DNA from: Vicugna vicugna | Lineage: Eukaryota | NCBI GenBank assembly: GCA_013265495.1 | Contig: MU058009.1 | Coordinates: 684,001-748,000, forward strand | Reading direction: 5' to 3' | DNA: 64,000 bases | Shown here: piece by piece, positions 1 through 12,200 of the stretch | How positions within the stretch are numbered: position 1 is the first letter of the stretch | How the letters are laid out: every line of letters starts with the position of its first letter | Program-made: the position numbers and the translations under genes | Notes under the pieces: model-generated | The model's input: the letters and a program-made list of their open reading frames with translations, nothing else | What the model was told of the DNA's origin: nothing | The model's database searches: none

Positions 1-1728
1 CATCTATTCACATAACTCAGGCATAAACCGCAGATAATTACTCTATGATGCCTTCGGTCTGGCTTACTATCCTGGACCCCAAACCTAGCTTTTAATTATT
101 TGTCTGATATTTTCTGACAATTTATCTCCCAAAGAATGCCCAGGTTTTCATCTTTACCTGTTCAAATCCTTCCTGGTCTTCAAGTGCAGCTCAAAGATCA
201 CTTCCCTGATTTCTCTCATTGAGATGAGGTCTCTTGAACAAACACTTGAATCTCCCTCACAGTGTCTAGCACAGAGCTTTGCTCGGGATGTTAACAAGAT
301 AGGTTTCTTGAGTGGCTGAATAACACCAGTTTCTCAAGTACAGAGGCACCTAGGCTCCCTGCTCCGGCTGCCCTCGGAGGAGTAACTGGTGACTACCTGG
401 CGCAGAAGGGAGCACGAATCTGTGTGTGGCTAAAATAACTTGAGGAGGGGCGGGGGCAATTTCACTCACTTGGAGAAGGGAGGAAAAAGTCAACGTATTT
501 CTTCCCAAAGTCTGTGATTTGATTGACTGTCATGGCCTGGGGAAGCATTTTTATCTTTTGGTTTGTGAATTTTAATCTTCAACAATTAAGGAAGAAAACA
601 CCTGCCTTTCACAGGATGGGGCAGCAAGGTCTTCATCTGCCGGATGGAGCACAGGCCTCTCCGTGCACACGCGGGTGTGCGCCCTCTGGGCGGTGGATCC
701 GGGCCAGGAGGCCGAGACAGCCAGCCGCCGCCTGAGCAGCTAGAGTCACAGCATCACGTGCTGTGGGTCGGCCAGTTGGTCAGCAAGAGAGCAGAGGCCC
801 GGGCTTACGTTGCTCTCGGGGCCTGTTTGTGTACTGTGCTGGGAGCAATTTTCAGCGTGGTTCCAGGTTTGCAGAACCTTGGAGTCCAAGTGGGTGGTGT
901 CTGGGGGACCCTCCTGGATACTGGCAGCCATGAGTCAAGGGAAAGAAAGGCACGTAGGATTTCAGATCTGCCTCCAGGCATCACCTTTCGGGAGATGAGA
1001 AGGGTCTGTCATTATCTGGTCACATCCTGTGTCCCTGGTTCCCGTGGCAAGTCTTCTGTTGTGAGAAATGTACACACCTGTCCGTTAGCAGCTTGTTCGG
1101 GTTCTCAAGTTCATGTTCTCAAGTTCACGCCACGCTGAGAATCACAGAAGCTGAGTTCACTTAATCTTGTAAACTCAATACACACAACTTGACCACATCT
1201 GACTGTAAAAAAGATGTCACTCAATATAATAAAACATACAGAAGCTGTCAAGTCAGCTCGATTTTAGCTCCCAAACGCTTCAGCCCCGGCTTTTGGTTGT
1301 TGTCTCTTTGGTTCAAAATATATTACTTCTTGCTGAGATTCATGAGATAAGCTTTGTCTGGTCTCCCACTTCCTCACTTTACCCCCTGCAACGCAGGCTT
1401 CACGTTTGGTCGGAATGTCCTTCTTGGCGTGTGGCTTTGGTCCCGGCTCAGTCACCTCCAAGGACTCTTTGCTGCGGTTCCCATGCTACCCTGTGGCAAG
1501 GCTCCACCCAAGCTCTCTGACCTTTCCCACCTCTCTTCTGTGTGTCGCCCTCACACAACACCTGGCCCAGCCCTTGAGGACCACCACAGACCACACGTCC
1601 CTTGGAAGCCTTTCCAGACTCTCCCTAACTAGGGCACCAGCTCTCTTTATCCAGTTTCTATAAAATGTCGAATGCCACTCAGCCTTAGAGTCACAGGTGT
1701 GTTTGTGGCAGGTCTCCCTTCTCTAACC

Positions 1729-2016
1729 CAGTATTTCCCTCTGTATCTTCCAGGAACACTGGACCCGTGGGATTCTACAATAGTAAAGAGTTCTGTGGTT
1801 AAATGAGTTTGGAAAGTGTTGCGGGCTGATTTTTTTCCCTTTGAGCAGGTTTGTAAAGAGAATAAGCATTATGAAGACCCTGAGAAGTCGTATAGTCGAG
1901 AAGCATGTTTACTTCTGTTTAACACAAAGTTTCTGAGATTTGTCCATAGAACAACTTTTTCATATAACACCTACCAGTACTAGAATTCCATGGAAACAGT
2001 CCATTTTGGGAAATCC
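1729..2016. mobile_element. hAT-Charlie non-autonomous DNA transposon relic (Charlie4a-like)
   Basis: Degenerate TIRs cagtatttccc...tttgggaaat; internal gttctgtggttaaatgagtttggaaa and ctgagaagtc...tgtttaac blocks resemble the remembered Charlie4a consensus. Confidence 0.6.
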
Positions 2017-2434
2017 ACCCTGGCTTATTTCAAGCTTTTTGAGAGTAGAGAATCTCTCTGATCTTCGACTTCCTCATAGCATCACGCAAAATGCCTATAT
2101 GCAGAAGATGATCAGTGAACATACATTGAAGTAAATTTTACTGGCACCGTGAACTGTTTGAGCTCCCTCGGAATATGATTCCCGATTTTGATTTTGTAAT
2201 TTGTTGTTGTGTCAATTTGAGTTTTCACTTCTATTCTCAATTCTATGGTATATTTTCCCATTTATAGGATGGTTATAAAATTGTAATAGTTACAATGGTG
2301 TGCCAATAAGAGACGTGAGAAGGCTGGGCCAAGGAGTGATGTAAGGTGCTCAGTAAAGCATCGCACTGCATGTCACATGGGGGTGTGGGGCTCTGATTAT
2401 CATTATTATTTTTCTGGTTTAGTGGTAAGAAAAT

Positions 2435-2575
2435 TAGCTACTGTTTACAGAACAGCTACGATGTGTCAGGCAACACGCTGGGCATTTTACACGTATTGCC
2501 CCATTTTATCGTCACAGAAACCTGGAGAGCTAGATAAGATCGCTTTCCCCTTGTGAATGAGGAGGTGAGGCTGGC
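2435..2575 (-). mobile_element. MIR SINE fragment
   Basis: gatgtgtcaggcaacacgctgggcattttacacgtatt...gaatgaggaggtgaggct matches the MIR core in reverse orientation. Confidence 0.6.
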
Positions 2576-2954
2576 AGTTCTGAGTGCTGCGGCCCAGCGG
2601 CGCAGACTCGGCGCGGAGGAATGCGCTCGGATGCCTGCAGCCCATTTTCTTCATCACCACGCGGGACCCGGGCATGTGCCCGTGCCTGCTGGGCAGCTCG
2701 GCTCTGCCCTCGCTGTCCTGTCACTGCTGCCCATCCAGAACCTAGTCCCCATCCGATGACTGAGGTGCAGTCCATCGGGGTGGGTATTCTTCATCTCTAA
2801 ACGGCTCAGGCACCGAGACCATCTTCTCCTTCTAGCTGCCGACCAGCTGCGAGGTAGTGGGGAGCAGTGGAGGAGAGCATTTCTGGGGCTTTTGTTACTT
2901 AAACGTAAGCGAATTAGAGAGCCCGGAATAGTCTGAAATCCTCACATGTGCATA

Positions 2955-3125
2955 CAAGGTGCATCTAGGTTTTGCGATGTCTGAATTGTGCACAGTTTGG
3001 GGGGCTCTCTTTAGAAAGAAGAATGCAAAAGTACAGTCATAAAAATCAGTTTTAGGGTCTCAGAATGGGTTCTTGCAAGTGAGAGGCACTGACATTTCGG
3101 ATGTATTAGCTTGCCTGTCTCTTCA
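2955..3125. mobile_element. hAT non-autonomous element (MER53-like)
   Basis: atctaggtttt...cagtttggggggctctctttagaaagaagaatgcaaaa...tgcaagtgagaggcactga resembles the remembered MER53 consensus. Confidence 0.55.
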
Positions 3126-4145
3126 CCTCTATCTGCCCCCAATACAAGGCCTTATGCTGGGAACTCTGCAGGGTTTTAAAAAGTCGAGGGCACTTCCTTT
3201 GCCCATTGAGGGTGAATTTGCTGTTCTTCTGTCAACGTGGTTTGAGAAGAGCTACAAAGCAAAAGGTCCATGAGGGACCACTGCCTCAGTGCCCTCGAAG
3301 AGATGCTGAGTGGAAAGTGGGTGACTTGCCAGATGAGATAATCTCTCTGCTTAGGAGAGAGCTAGCCCATCTCAGACATGGATGGTGGACCAGTGAGAAC
3401 ACACAGAAAAGATGCCGGCACCCTATTGAGAACTGACGGTCTTGTGTTAGCCTCCCGTATTTGTGACGGTGAAACATGGCACCACAGTCAGAAACGCAGA
3501 AGCCTGCCCTTCTATGTCGTCTTTATGGAGCACTTTTGTTTCAGGGGGGAAGCACTGGGGTAGTTTCCATCACCCGCACGCAGGGAGACACCTGTGGAAG
3601 ATGGTCCACAGCCCGCCTGTGGCCTCGTCGGGGGCGTCTGTGGACCATCATGCTCTCCCCAGCCAGAGGGTAAAAACCACCGCTTCTGCTCCGGAGGGAT
3701 TCGCCGCAGTTTTGTAATACTTCACCCCTTTCACTCCCGTCACACCAGTTTTCTGAAAGCACGCGGTCTGCAGGCTTGACACGGATTCTGCAGACCTTTA
3801 TTCATATTTGTAGGGTGGCTTTAATATTAAAAGAGGAGAGATAAAGAGATTGACATCAAGATTGTGGCCTCATAAAACATTCAAGGGAACTTGGAGATTC
3901 TCTGGTTCACCCTTCACTTTACTTTATTTTTTAAAATTTTATTTGATTGCTTTTATGCTGAGAAGATGTGAGCTTGATCTGCCCATGTTACAGAACTTCA
4001 GAAAATGGAGAAAATAAAAAGAAAATTGTCCGCCATCTGAATGCCATAGTATAGCCAGCATTACCAATGACCACGTGCACATTTTACCAATTTGTCATCT
4101 TAGCATATAAAGTTGTTTCCTTTTAATTTCAAACTTCGCAAGACA

Positions 4146-4277
4146 TATCTTGTAATAACCTTTAACGAAAAAGAATATGAAAATGATTATATGTATGTAT
4201 ATGCATGACCGGGACATTGTGCTGTGCACCAGAGATTGACAGATTGTAACTGACTGCACTTCAATTAAAAGAAACAA
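4146..4277 (+). mobile_element. Severely 5'-truncated young L1 3' end with target-site duplication
   Basis: L1 3'UTR motif gacattgtgctgtgcaccagagattgacagattgtaactgactgcacttcaattaaaa plus A-rich tail; TSD aaacttcgcaagaca (4131-4145) / aaacttcacaagaca (4278-4292). Confidence 0.85.
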
Positions 4278-4434
4278 AAACTTCACAAGACAGATGAGGT
4301 CACGGGGGCCCTAGCTCCCACAATGACATAATATTCATCATTTACAGGGTTTTTTTTTTAATACTAACCAAGAATATGCATCTTAATTTCTGATATTTCT
4401 CTCTAGAGGCTTCCTCAACTGTAGCTGTTGAGGG

Positions 4435-4599
4435 ACCTGCTCTGGAACAAGGCTGCCTGGGTTTGAGGACCCAGCCACTTCCAGCAGCATGGTGTTGAGC
4501 AAATTGCTTGCACTAGCTCGATTCTGTTTCTTTATCTGTAAAATGGGGAGAACATAGGGCTTGTGTAAGGATGAAATGGTACGATACACGTCAGCACGT
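4435..4599 (+). mobile_element. MIR SINE
   Basis: ctgcctgggtttga...ctgtttctttatctgtaaaatgggga...tgtaaggatgaaatg MIR core. Confidence 0.7.
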
Positions 4600-5038
4600 C
4601 TGCTGGATTCATCCCCGTTCCCATGCTCTCTGGCTCACAGCTGGGTTTGGTCTCTGTGGGACGGAACAGAGTCAACGCTGCTGTCATCTGGGAGCCCTGG
4701 CAGGACGCAGGGAGGGAGGAGCGTGGGCATCGATTCCCTGGGCTCTCGCCCTGCCCACCCGTATCTGGTTGTTTCCCCTGATCAAAGATTACTGCTTTCA
4801 AGGCAGCCGACGCTAAGGCATCCTTTCTCACCAGCTCCAACGACAGCCCCTTCCGTCCTCATTCCTTCTGGCTGGAGAGTGATGGCCCCTTCACTGCTCC
4901 TCCGCCCCAGGTCACTGTCTCCTCCCGTGTGGTTCCCCAGCGCCCACACATTATGCACAGTCCCTTTGTAAATACCCTCCTGGAATTTTCCTATTTTGAG
5001 TGTACCATCTGTTTCCTGTTGGGACCCTGACGGTTACA
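4600..5038 (+). mobile_element. ERVL solo LTR (LTR33-like)
   Basis: Starts tgctggat; ends ttttgagtgtaccatctgtttcctgttgggaccctgacggttaca, typical of the LTR33 3' end. Confidence 0.7.
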
Positions 5039-5394
5039 GCATGTTAGTATGACTTCATCCCCTTTTCAATGAAAAATGAAATTGCAGATTTTCAAAGACA
5101 GAAAATGTCGATGGTCTGTTTAACCCTTGCAGGATTTGGCAGTAAATCTCCGACAAGGATGCAAAGCTGGGTCTGCAGAGGACAGCGTCCACACACATAG
5201 CGTTTCCACGTTCCAGGTCTGGGTCGAAGGCCTGGACATGTGTTTTACTGATGATTACCCTCATTGAATGTCTACAAGGTAGACATTATTGTGATTTATG
5301 CTTTGTAGATGAGAGGATTGGTCCAGAAAACTTGTTCAGTCGGCAAAGGGCAAAACTGAGTTCTGGTTCCAAGCCTGTGCTTTCAAACGCTCAT

Positions 5395-5579
5395 CCGTGG
5401 GGCTCAAAGCATGTTCCAGGTCAGCAGCGCCAGCATCATCTGGACACTGGTGAGAGACACATGTCCGCTGCCCCACCCCAGACCCACTGAAGCCAAAGCT
5501 CCGGGCTTGGGCCTGGTCATCTGTGTTTCAGGAAGCCCTCCAGGTGATCCGGAAGTTCGCCAAAGTTTGCAAACCACTG
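5395..5579. mobile_element. MER5A (hAT-Charlie MITE)
   Basis: cagcagcgccagcatcatctgg...ccccaccccagacccactgaa...aagccctccaggtgat...aaagtttgcaaaccactg. Confidence 0.8.
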
Positions 5580-5804
5580 CATTACACAAAATCACCTGTC
5601 AGGGGCTCACGGTTCCTCCTCTGCTGGGTTTACTTCAAGGTCACTTGTAGCATCTGGAATTATACTCAAGATGCCATATGTTGATGAAGACAATACAAAT
5701 AAGAACCTTTGTGCAGCCCTTTAGAGTTTACAAAATGCTCTGACATCCATTACCTCCCATGGCTAAGTAAGTGGGCTTTGGGAAACCCTGTCTGCTCTCT
5801 TGGC

Positions 5805-6100
5805 TAACAGTTACCTAATCTCAGGAAACCTCCGTTTCCTCATCTAGAAAATGAAGATGATAATGACGTGTGCCCCCTGCGAAGATGAAGTAAGAAACGT
5901 ACATAAAACGGTGCCTGGCACGTGGTGAGCACTCGGTAAATGCCAGTTAACGACTATCTTCATCAACCCCTGAAGAAGTGGAGATTATTATTCTCACTTT
6001 ATAGGTGAGGAGACACCAACTGGCTCAGGAGTGTCGACTTACCTAGCCTGGAGCTGGGATTCAAAATCAGATCTTTTAATTTAAAATCCTTACTCCCTTC
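5805..6100. mobile_element. Two adjacent MIR fragments (+ then -)
   Basis: cctccgtttcctcatctagaaaatgaagatgataat...gtgcctggcacgtggtgagcactcggtaaat (+), then attattattctcactttataggtgaggagac...ctgggattcaaa (-). Confidence 0.65.
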
Positions 6101-6199
6101 CCTCACTCTTTCCACAGCTGCCTTGGGAAAGCCTTGATAACTGATGGATAATGAATATTAAGGGTACTAATAACTTATTGATAAGCCCAAGAATATTTG

Positions 6200-6900
6200 A
6201 GGTCTAATTTACGGTGTTCAACCCACATGAATAGCATCCCCCTGCGAGCGTGGGAGTTGGTGCTCAGATGCCGAGGCCCCCAGCCCAGGCTGCCGCCCTT
6301 CCCGCCCCCGGGTGTTCCGCCTGAAGTTTGCCCCTTTCCCCCAATCCTGCCCTGTGCTGTATGGCGACGTCTCTATGAGGGCATCTTTTCTCCAAATGGG
6401 GAAAGCGCAGGACTGAGGCAAAGAAAGGGTCCCAGAGGAGAAGGTTGGCCCAGCTGCCCCAATGCTGGAGCTCCTTTGTTGTTTAGTCTCCAAGAGACTT
6501 CCAGAACCATCGAGAAAGTGCCAACCAGGAATGTAAAAGTTAATAACTTTCTTATTGGAAAGCTAAACCTTTCGAAACCTATCACAGGCGCTTTTCCTCA
6601 CCGAGGATTAACGGCCTGACAAGGTTGAACTTTGAAAGAAAAGCTATTTGTGACTTATGGGGAGCCGGGGAAAAAAGGTCTTGACTTTTTAAAAACAAAA
6701 CAAAACAAGCAAACCCAAACCCGTTAATTTTTCTCGGGCCCGTGGCTCACAAAGGGCACCTCTGCTTCGGCCGAAACTTGCCAAAACGACTCTCCTCTGA
6801 GTCAAAGGGAGGAGGCGGGGAGCGAGTGGTGTCCCTGCAGAATTGATCTGCTAAGATTTATACGAGTTGAAAATAAAGGTTCATGGGGGAATTGCTTTCA
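6200..6900. promoter_or_regulatory. Putative enhancer/regulatory block (repeat-free, CpG-enriched, motif-dense)
   Basis: GC boxes ~6295-6310, GGAATGT 6528-6534, GGATTA 6605-6610, TGAACTTTG/CTTTGAA 6626-6636, TGAGTCA 6798-6804; function inferred only. Confidence 0.35.
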
Positions 6901-8034
6901 GAGCCCAAAATGATGGCGCGGTTTCCAGCACTGCACTCCTTGATTCCCAATCTCCCCAGGCGACTGTGGTAGCATTTCTCCACCTCTGATCTCTTTCTTT
7001 CCAAATTCCTAGAGAGTTGGGTAAAGGTTTGGAGTTTATTTTTACAAGGGTTTCATAAAATAAATAAGGTCGTAAGAAGTGAGGTTCAGGACAGAACTCC
7101 ATGTCCCTCTGGGCATGTAACTTCCTGACGACTCGGGACTCAGTTACCTCTGTAAATGGGCAAAATTCTAACGCATTGTAGGTAGGCGCACGTGGAGGAA
7201 TCTGTAACACACATCTGATCAAAGTTAGCAACGTCCACTGTTACTCATGGCAGCTGGCATTTACAGTTGGCTTAGAATCAAGTATGAAATGCCAGGTCGA
7301 TAGCATTTATTTTTGTGAAAACAGGTCCCCCAGAATCTGTATTCAACACCAATTTTTTTAAACCTGGTTTTAGTTATTATTTGTATTTAAAAGGAATGAA
7401 ACTGAACTGCTTTATTATTTGTATTTAATTCAGATTGTAAAGAATGCATCATTCTTTCCGTCCTTCCTCTGGTCTAAAATAATGAGCCTCTTCTGTACAG
7501 AGTGTTGTTGTAAGCTTGGGGCGTCCCGAGGTGCTGGAGGAGGACCTGAAATGAATTTCACATGCCCTCATCATTATCTGCGATTCTAGCATTGTTACTT
7601 AGCAAAGTGAAGTGATGGTGTCTGACCCCATGCACTTTACAACACAAGAGCAGACAGAAGAATCAAAGGTGAGGTGAGCGGGCAAGTGAGGCGTTAACAG
7701 CGCCCAGGAGCACAGAATAGAATTTGGACGGAAAGTGAAAGTGACCCGGGTGGTTGGTTTCCTTAATATCAACACAGATATTAACCAGATGTGTGACTAT
7801 TATTGCTATTTTTGAAATGATTTGGTGACTTTATCATACAGCTGGAAACAAACAGAAAACCTAAACAAAGAAAAAAAGAAAAGAAAAAATTAACGAAAAC
7901 CCTAAAGAGCCAATGTTAGGCTTCAATAAGAAAGCAACTTTTAACAAAATAAATTTTGGAGATTGAGTCCTGTGTTGATATTAAGAAAGCCAACAATCTT
8001 ATTAACATTCCTATTTACCGGTAATAGTGCAGTT

Positions 8035-8220
8035 TCTTCAGTATTCAGTGAACACCTGCTTTGGAGGGCATACTGTCCTAGGATGCAGTGGTGAGTAAGG
8101 CAGGTGGAGTCTCAGCCCACGTGGAGCTTCCTGTCTAGTTGGGGAGACAGGAAACAAACAATCGTACATACACATATGTGTATTTTCCAGCTCAGTTAGC
8201 TGAGATGCTAGAAGCAGTGA
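8035..8220 (-). mobile_element. L2 LINE 3' fragment
   Basis: tattcagtgaacacctgct...ctgtcctaggatgcagtggtgagtaaggcag...ggagcttcctgtctagttggggagacag. Confidence 0.65.
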
Positions 8221-8290
8221 CACGGGTAGCAAGAAGCATACTCAGTAATAAGATTTGGTTTCTACATGCCATTCTCCAGTTAAAGCAACT

Positions 8291-8411
8291 GAATATGAAA
8301 ACAAATATATATATATATGCATGCATGACTGGGACATTATGTTGTACTCCAGAAATTGACACATTGTAACTGACTATACTTCAGTAAGAAAAAGAAAAAG
8401 AAAAAGAAAAA
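8291..8411 (+). mobile_element. Severely 5'-truncated young L1 3' end
   Basis: gactgggacattatgttgtactccagaaattgacacattgtaactgactatacttca followed by a (GAAAAA)n tail; same family as 4146-4277. Confidence 0.85.
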
Positions 8412-8649
8412 AGAAACTAGGGCTCCTTGGAGGGTTTCCTGCTGTCAGGGCTGGAGCAGCGAGAATGCGGGATGTGCCTGGAGTGCACTGTAGTGGCAGA
8501 AAGCAAGAAAGTGCTAAACATTTTACACAAAAATAAAGGAAGAAGAGGAAGAAGGGGAGAGAGAGAGAGAGGAATGAGGGAAGGGAGGAAGGGAGATGCC
8601 AGCATATCAAAAGAACACGGAGCCAACTTGAAAGTGCTCCCCTTGACCG

Positions 8650-9235
8650 GAGCTGGAACACTCTGAGCGAGAATAAATCACCTAGCATTGAATTGTAACC
8701 CGGAGTCTAAGCCAAACACACAGAAGTCCATGCCAATATAAATAAATAAATGGTGGTGAAAGGACAAATCGTCCTCACAAAAATCTTTCTTCCAAAAACA
8801 ATGTCTATAAATACCCTCTCCAGGAGGTGGAGCTGAACTGCCTCCCCACTTCCTGGGTGTGGCCCCGACCGCCTAAGAACAGCGTAAAGAAACGTAAAGC
8901 GGTGACTTTGCAGAAGAGAAGCTGCAACACATCACTGGTGAAAGCGACGCAGACCCCACCCGCCCCCTGCTTCCTGGTACGAGGGCGCTTCACCTCTTGT
9001 GATAGTCATTCCCAGACCCCAAATTCCAGAACAATTGTGAGAAAAACGTCAGCTAAATCCAAATCGAGGGATATTCTACGAACTATCTGACTAGTACTCT
9101 TTAAAACTGCCAAGCTCATGAAAAACAAGAAAGACAGATAACGGCACAGACCGGAGAAGACGAAGGCACGGCAACCAGATGCAGCATGGCGTCTTCCAAC
9201 AGAGAGAGGGCGTGAGTGGAAAACCCGGTGGAAAA
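8650..9235 (+). mobile_element. Old L1 (L1MC/L1MD-like) 3'UTR relic
   Basis: aaatccaaatcgagggatattctacgaactatctgactagtactctttaaaactgccaagctcatgaaaaacaagaaag resembles the L1MC/MD 3'UTR. Confidence 0.65.
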
Positions 9236-12200
9236 CCAGGTCAGGAAAGGGCAGCTTCCCAGGAAGGGGCCATGACTCCCGGGTCTCCTTTCAAAGGGCA
9301 ACTGGCCTCCGAGTGATACTGGCCAGGCGTTCGGGAACTCAACCACCCTTCTGTTTCTGTCCACCCGTGGAGGAAGATGCCAGCTCCTGGAAGGGAGACT
9401 GGGGAAGAGGTCCCCTCCCCAGACCGCTCAGCGGGCCCCAGAATTGGCCGAACACGGCACGTATGAGCCCCCAGGGGAAGCTCATGTCAGGAAGGACTCG
9501 GAGAGCTAGTGTGTCTAAGTGGCGCATGAGACTTTGTAGCCAGAAGTGAGGTGTTCCTGGCCGATAAGCCATCTCTGCTTCTTCTTTGTGATCTGACAAC
9601 TTCCTGCATTTGCAGACCCCACAGGACTGCTCATATTTGCAAAGAAATAGCCCAATGTTCTTTAGCCTTTCCTGTTTGCTTGTCCACGTCTCTCCTTCCA
9701 AGTAAACAAATAGCTCGGACAAAGGAGGAAACGCCTTCTCAGGGAGGACCCGGTGCCTGTGAAGACACTCACCACACCGCGGGCATGGCTTGGGCAGGTT
9801 GACCCTTATGTAGATTTTTCTAAAATCAATGCTTGTCTCTCTGGGTTTACTAGAACACAAAGAATTCAAGTGCCCATGTCCTTTATATTTAATAGTGAAT
9901 TGGAGAAAGTGGGACCCTAAAAAGACAGGAGCCTCATTTAGGGCACAGAGGGGAGGCTGTAAATGAGTACGAAACGAGTTTCCTGAACGTCTAACCCGCC
10001 CCTTCTCCCTCCTACCCTGCCTCGCTTTGCGTCTCTAGGTGAGGATTTTCCATCTCTCGGGCGTTTCTATGGCTTGCCTGTCTCAGTGGCTTTTAAAGAT
10101 GTATGTTCAGTGGGAAGAGATTATACATTTCCCATCGCCAGCCCAACCGCAGGGCTCCCTAAATGTTAGATGTCATTAGAGGCAGCAGTAATAATCATGA
10201 TGGCCTTGGGGTGGTGGTGATGATTATGGGGAAAAAGGGTCCCAGGAAATGGTTATGAAATCTTTGCCATTGTTATTATTGCATCTGCTGCAGCAACAAA
10301 ATGATTTCAAGTGCGGCAGCCCAGGAAAGGTCCTCATTCTCCCCTGCCTGGAGGAGCCGGAGAGAAACTCAACAAACAGATGTTGAAAGGAAAACCTCCA
10401 GGTGGTCCCCATCGCGACACAAAGCTGCCGCGCTCTAAAAGCGCTCACCTCCACAGATTTTCCATCATCACATCTCCATGGCCAGAATAGCACTCAGTCA
10501 TCTGGGGAGCTCTCAAGACTGCAGGGCAGAAGTGAAGGAAAGGGGCAAAGGAAATGGGCCAACTCTGGGAAAGCTGGTGATGCGAGGGTCTAGACTGGGG
10601 CCTCACAGCTGTTGTGGAATTTTCAACAATAAGGACACCCTCTCGGCCCATCTGTTTCAGTCTAGACACTCTAAGTTATACTGTGATAACTGGCAACCCC
10701 CGGAATCACACTCCCACCACGTGCAGCTGGGGTACCATCGGGGCCTCTGCCCCATTTCATCCTCACATCTGGACCCAGGCTGACGGAGCTCCCGGCCCCG
10801 GGAACACCTCTGGAGGTAGGGGATGAGAAGATGCTAAGAACTGCATGCTGGCTCATAAATGCTTTCATCTGTGATGAAACTACGGGGGGCATGGACACAC
10901 CCCACTTTAGCAAACATGTTATTGGCCAGAGCAAGTTACCTGGCTGCACCTTTCTTCTTGTGCTGGAGAAGCACTACCCCTCAGAGTGGGTATGGAAATG
11001 GAAAAGAACTGGGAATACTTATGGCAGTAATAATGCCTGCCCACACTGCCTTCCTCTGAGTGTCTGAGACAGCCAAGCTGGGAGGCAGCACACTTCAAGC
11101 TCTAAACCCGGGGACAGATTTGCAGGTTGACTCAGAACCCATCGTAACACCCTCTGACTTTGCCTCCTTTTCATCAGAGGCTGGAAAACCCTTGACTTCC
11201 CGGAACCTCTGCACCGAGGGGTGGCCAAGGGCAGGTTCCAAGAAAACCAGATGTAGGCAGAAAGCATCTAGGAGAGAGCATCTCTTTCCGAAAAAAGACA
11301 AACCCTCAGGAAGAGGAGCTTCCTCGCTCGTCCCCGTGTTCTTGTGTGGAACAACATGGACGCCACTCCTGGAAGCCACTAGCCACCTGGGCGACCAGCA
11401 GGTGGCATGATGAGAAAAAGCCCCAAAGAACTGCAGAGATACGGATCTGGGTAACCACTAATGGCTGAACCAACGTCAACAGCATCTTCTCTCTAGATTC
11501 CTCGTGGTGTGACACCAAAAAAAAAAAAAAAACATTTTCTCTGTTACTTGTAGCAAAACACATTTCTGTTACAGAGTCAGCGGGAACTTTTGAGATCACA
11601 GGGACCTCGTTTAACAGATAAGAAAACAGATAAGAGACCCAAGGAATTAAATACGTATGATTAAGACTCAGAGCAAACTTAGCAATCTTAGCAGAAACAT
11701 CGGCTTAAGGGTTAGAAATGTTGTGATTTTTCACTGACGCTTGCTTCTTGCTTGTCTTTGTCCTTTGGGTCCAGACCAACTGGACCATCACACAACAGAC
11801 GTCTCTCCTCACATCTCGCGTCGTTTTTTGTGTTCCTCCTCCCATCTCTTGTCTCCCCAGCCCATCATACCCCTCTCCCCAACCCCAGAACCTTTCCGTT
11901 GTGGTTAAAATCCATCTCCAGAAGAAACAGCATCTTCCCAGGTGGACTCAAGCCATGTGTGGCTATCTTTCCGTCAGGCACGTGGGATCTGTCAGAGAGA
12001 GGATGCGCCGTAAAGCTCCGAGAACTTAACCACTTTCAGATAATGACTCGAACGTCAAGGGCAAGAAGGAGAGACGCCTGGAGGCAATGTGCTGAGGTGG
12101 AGCTGGGGCCCTGGCAGCCCGTGCAGCGCTGCAGAGCATCATAATTGATTTCTAATGGCAGAGAACACTTAACCTGGCCGTGTGCAGGGAGGGGAACGGA

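Noticed and set aside
678..695. CTCF-like CGCCCAGAGGGCGC on - within a small CpG patch
   Set aside because: It mismatches the conserved 5' CC of the core; too weak without binding data
1101..1128. Micro tandem duplications (14 bp here; 18 bp at 46993-47028)
   Set aside because: Ordinary slippage products with no further structure
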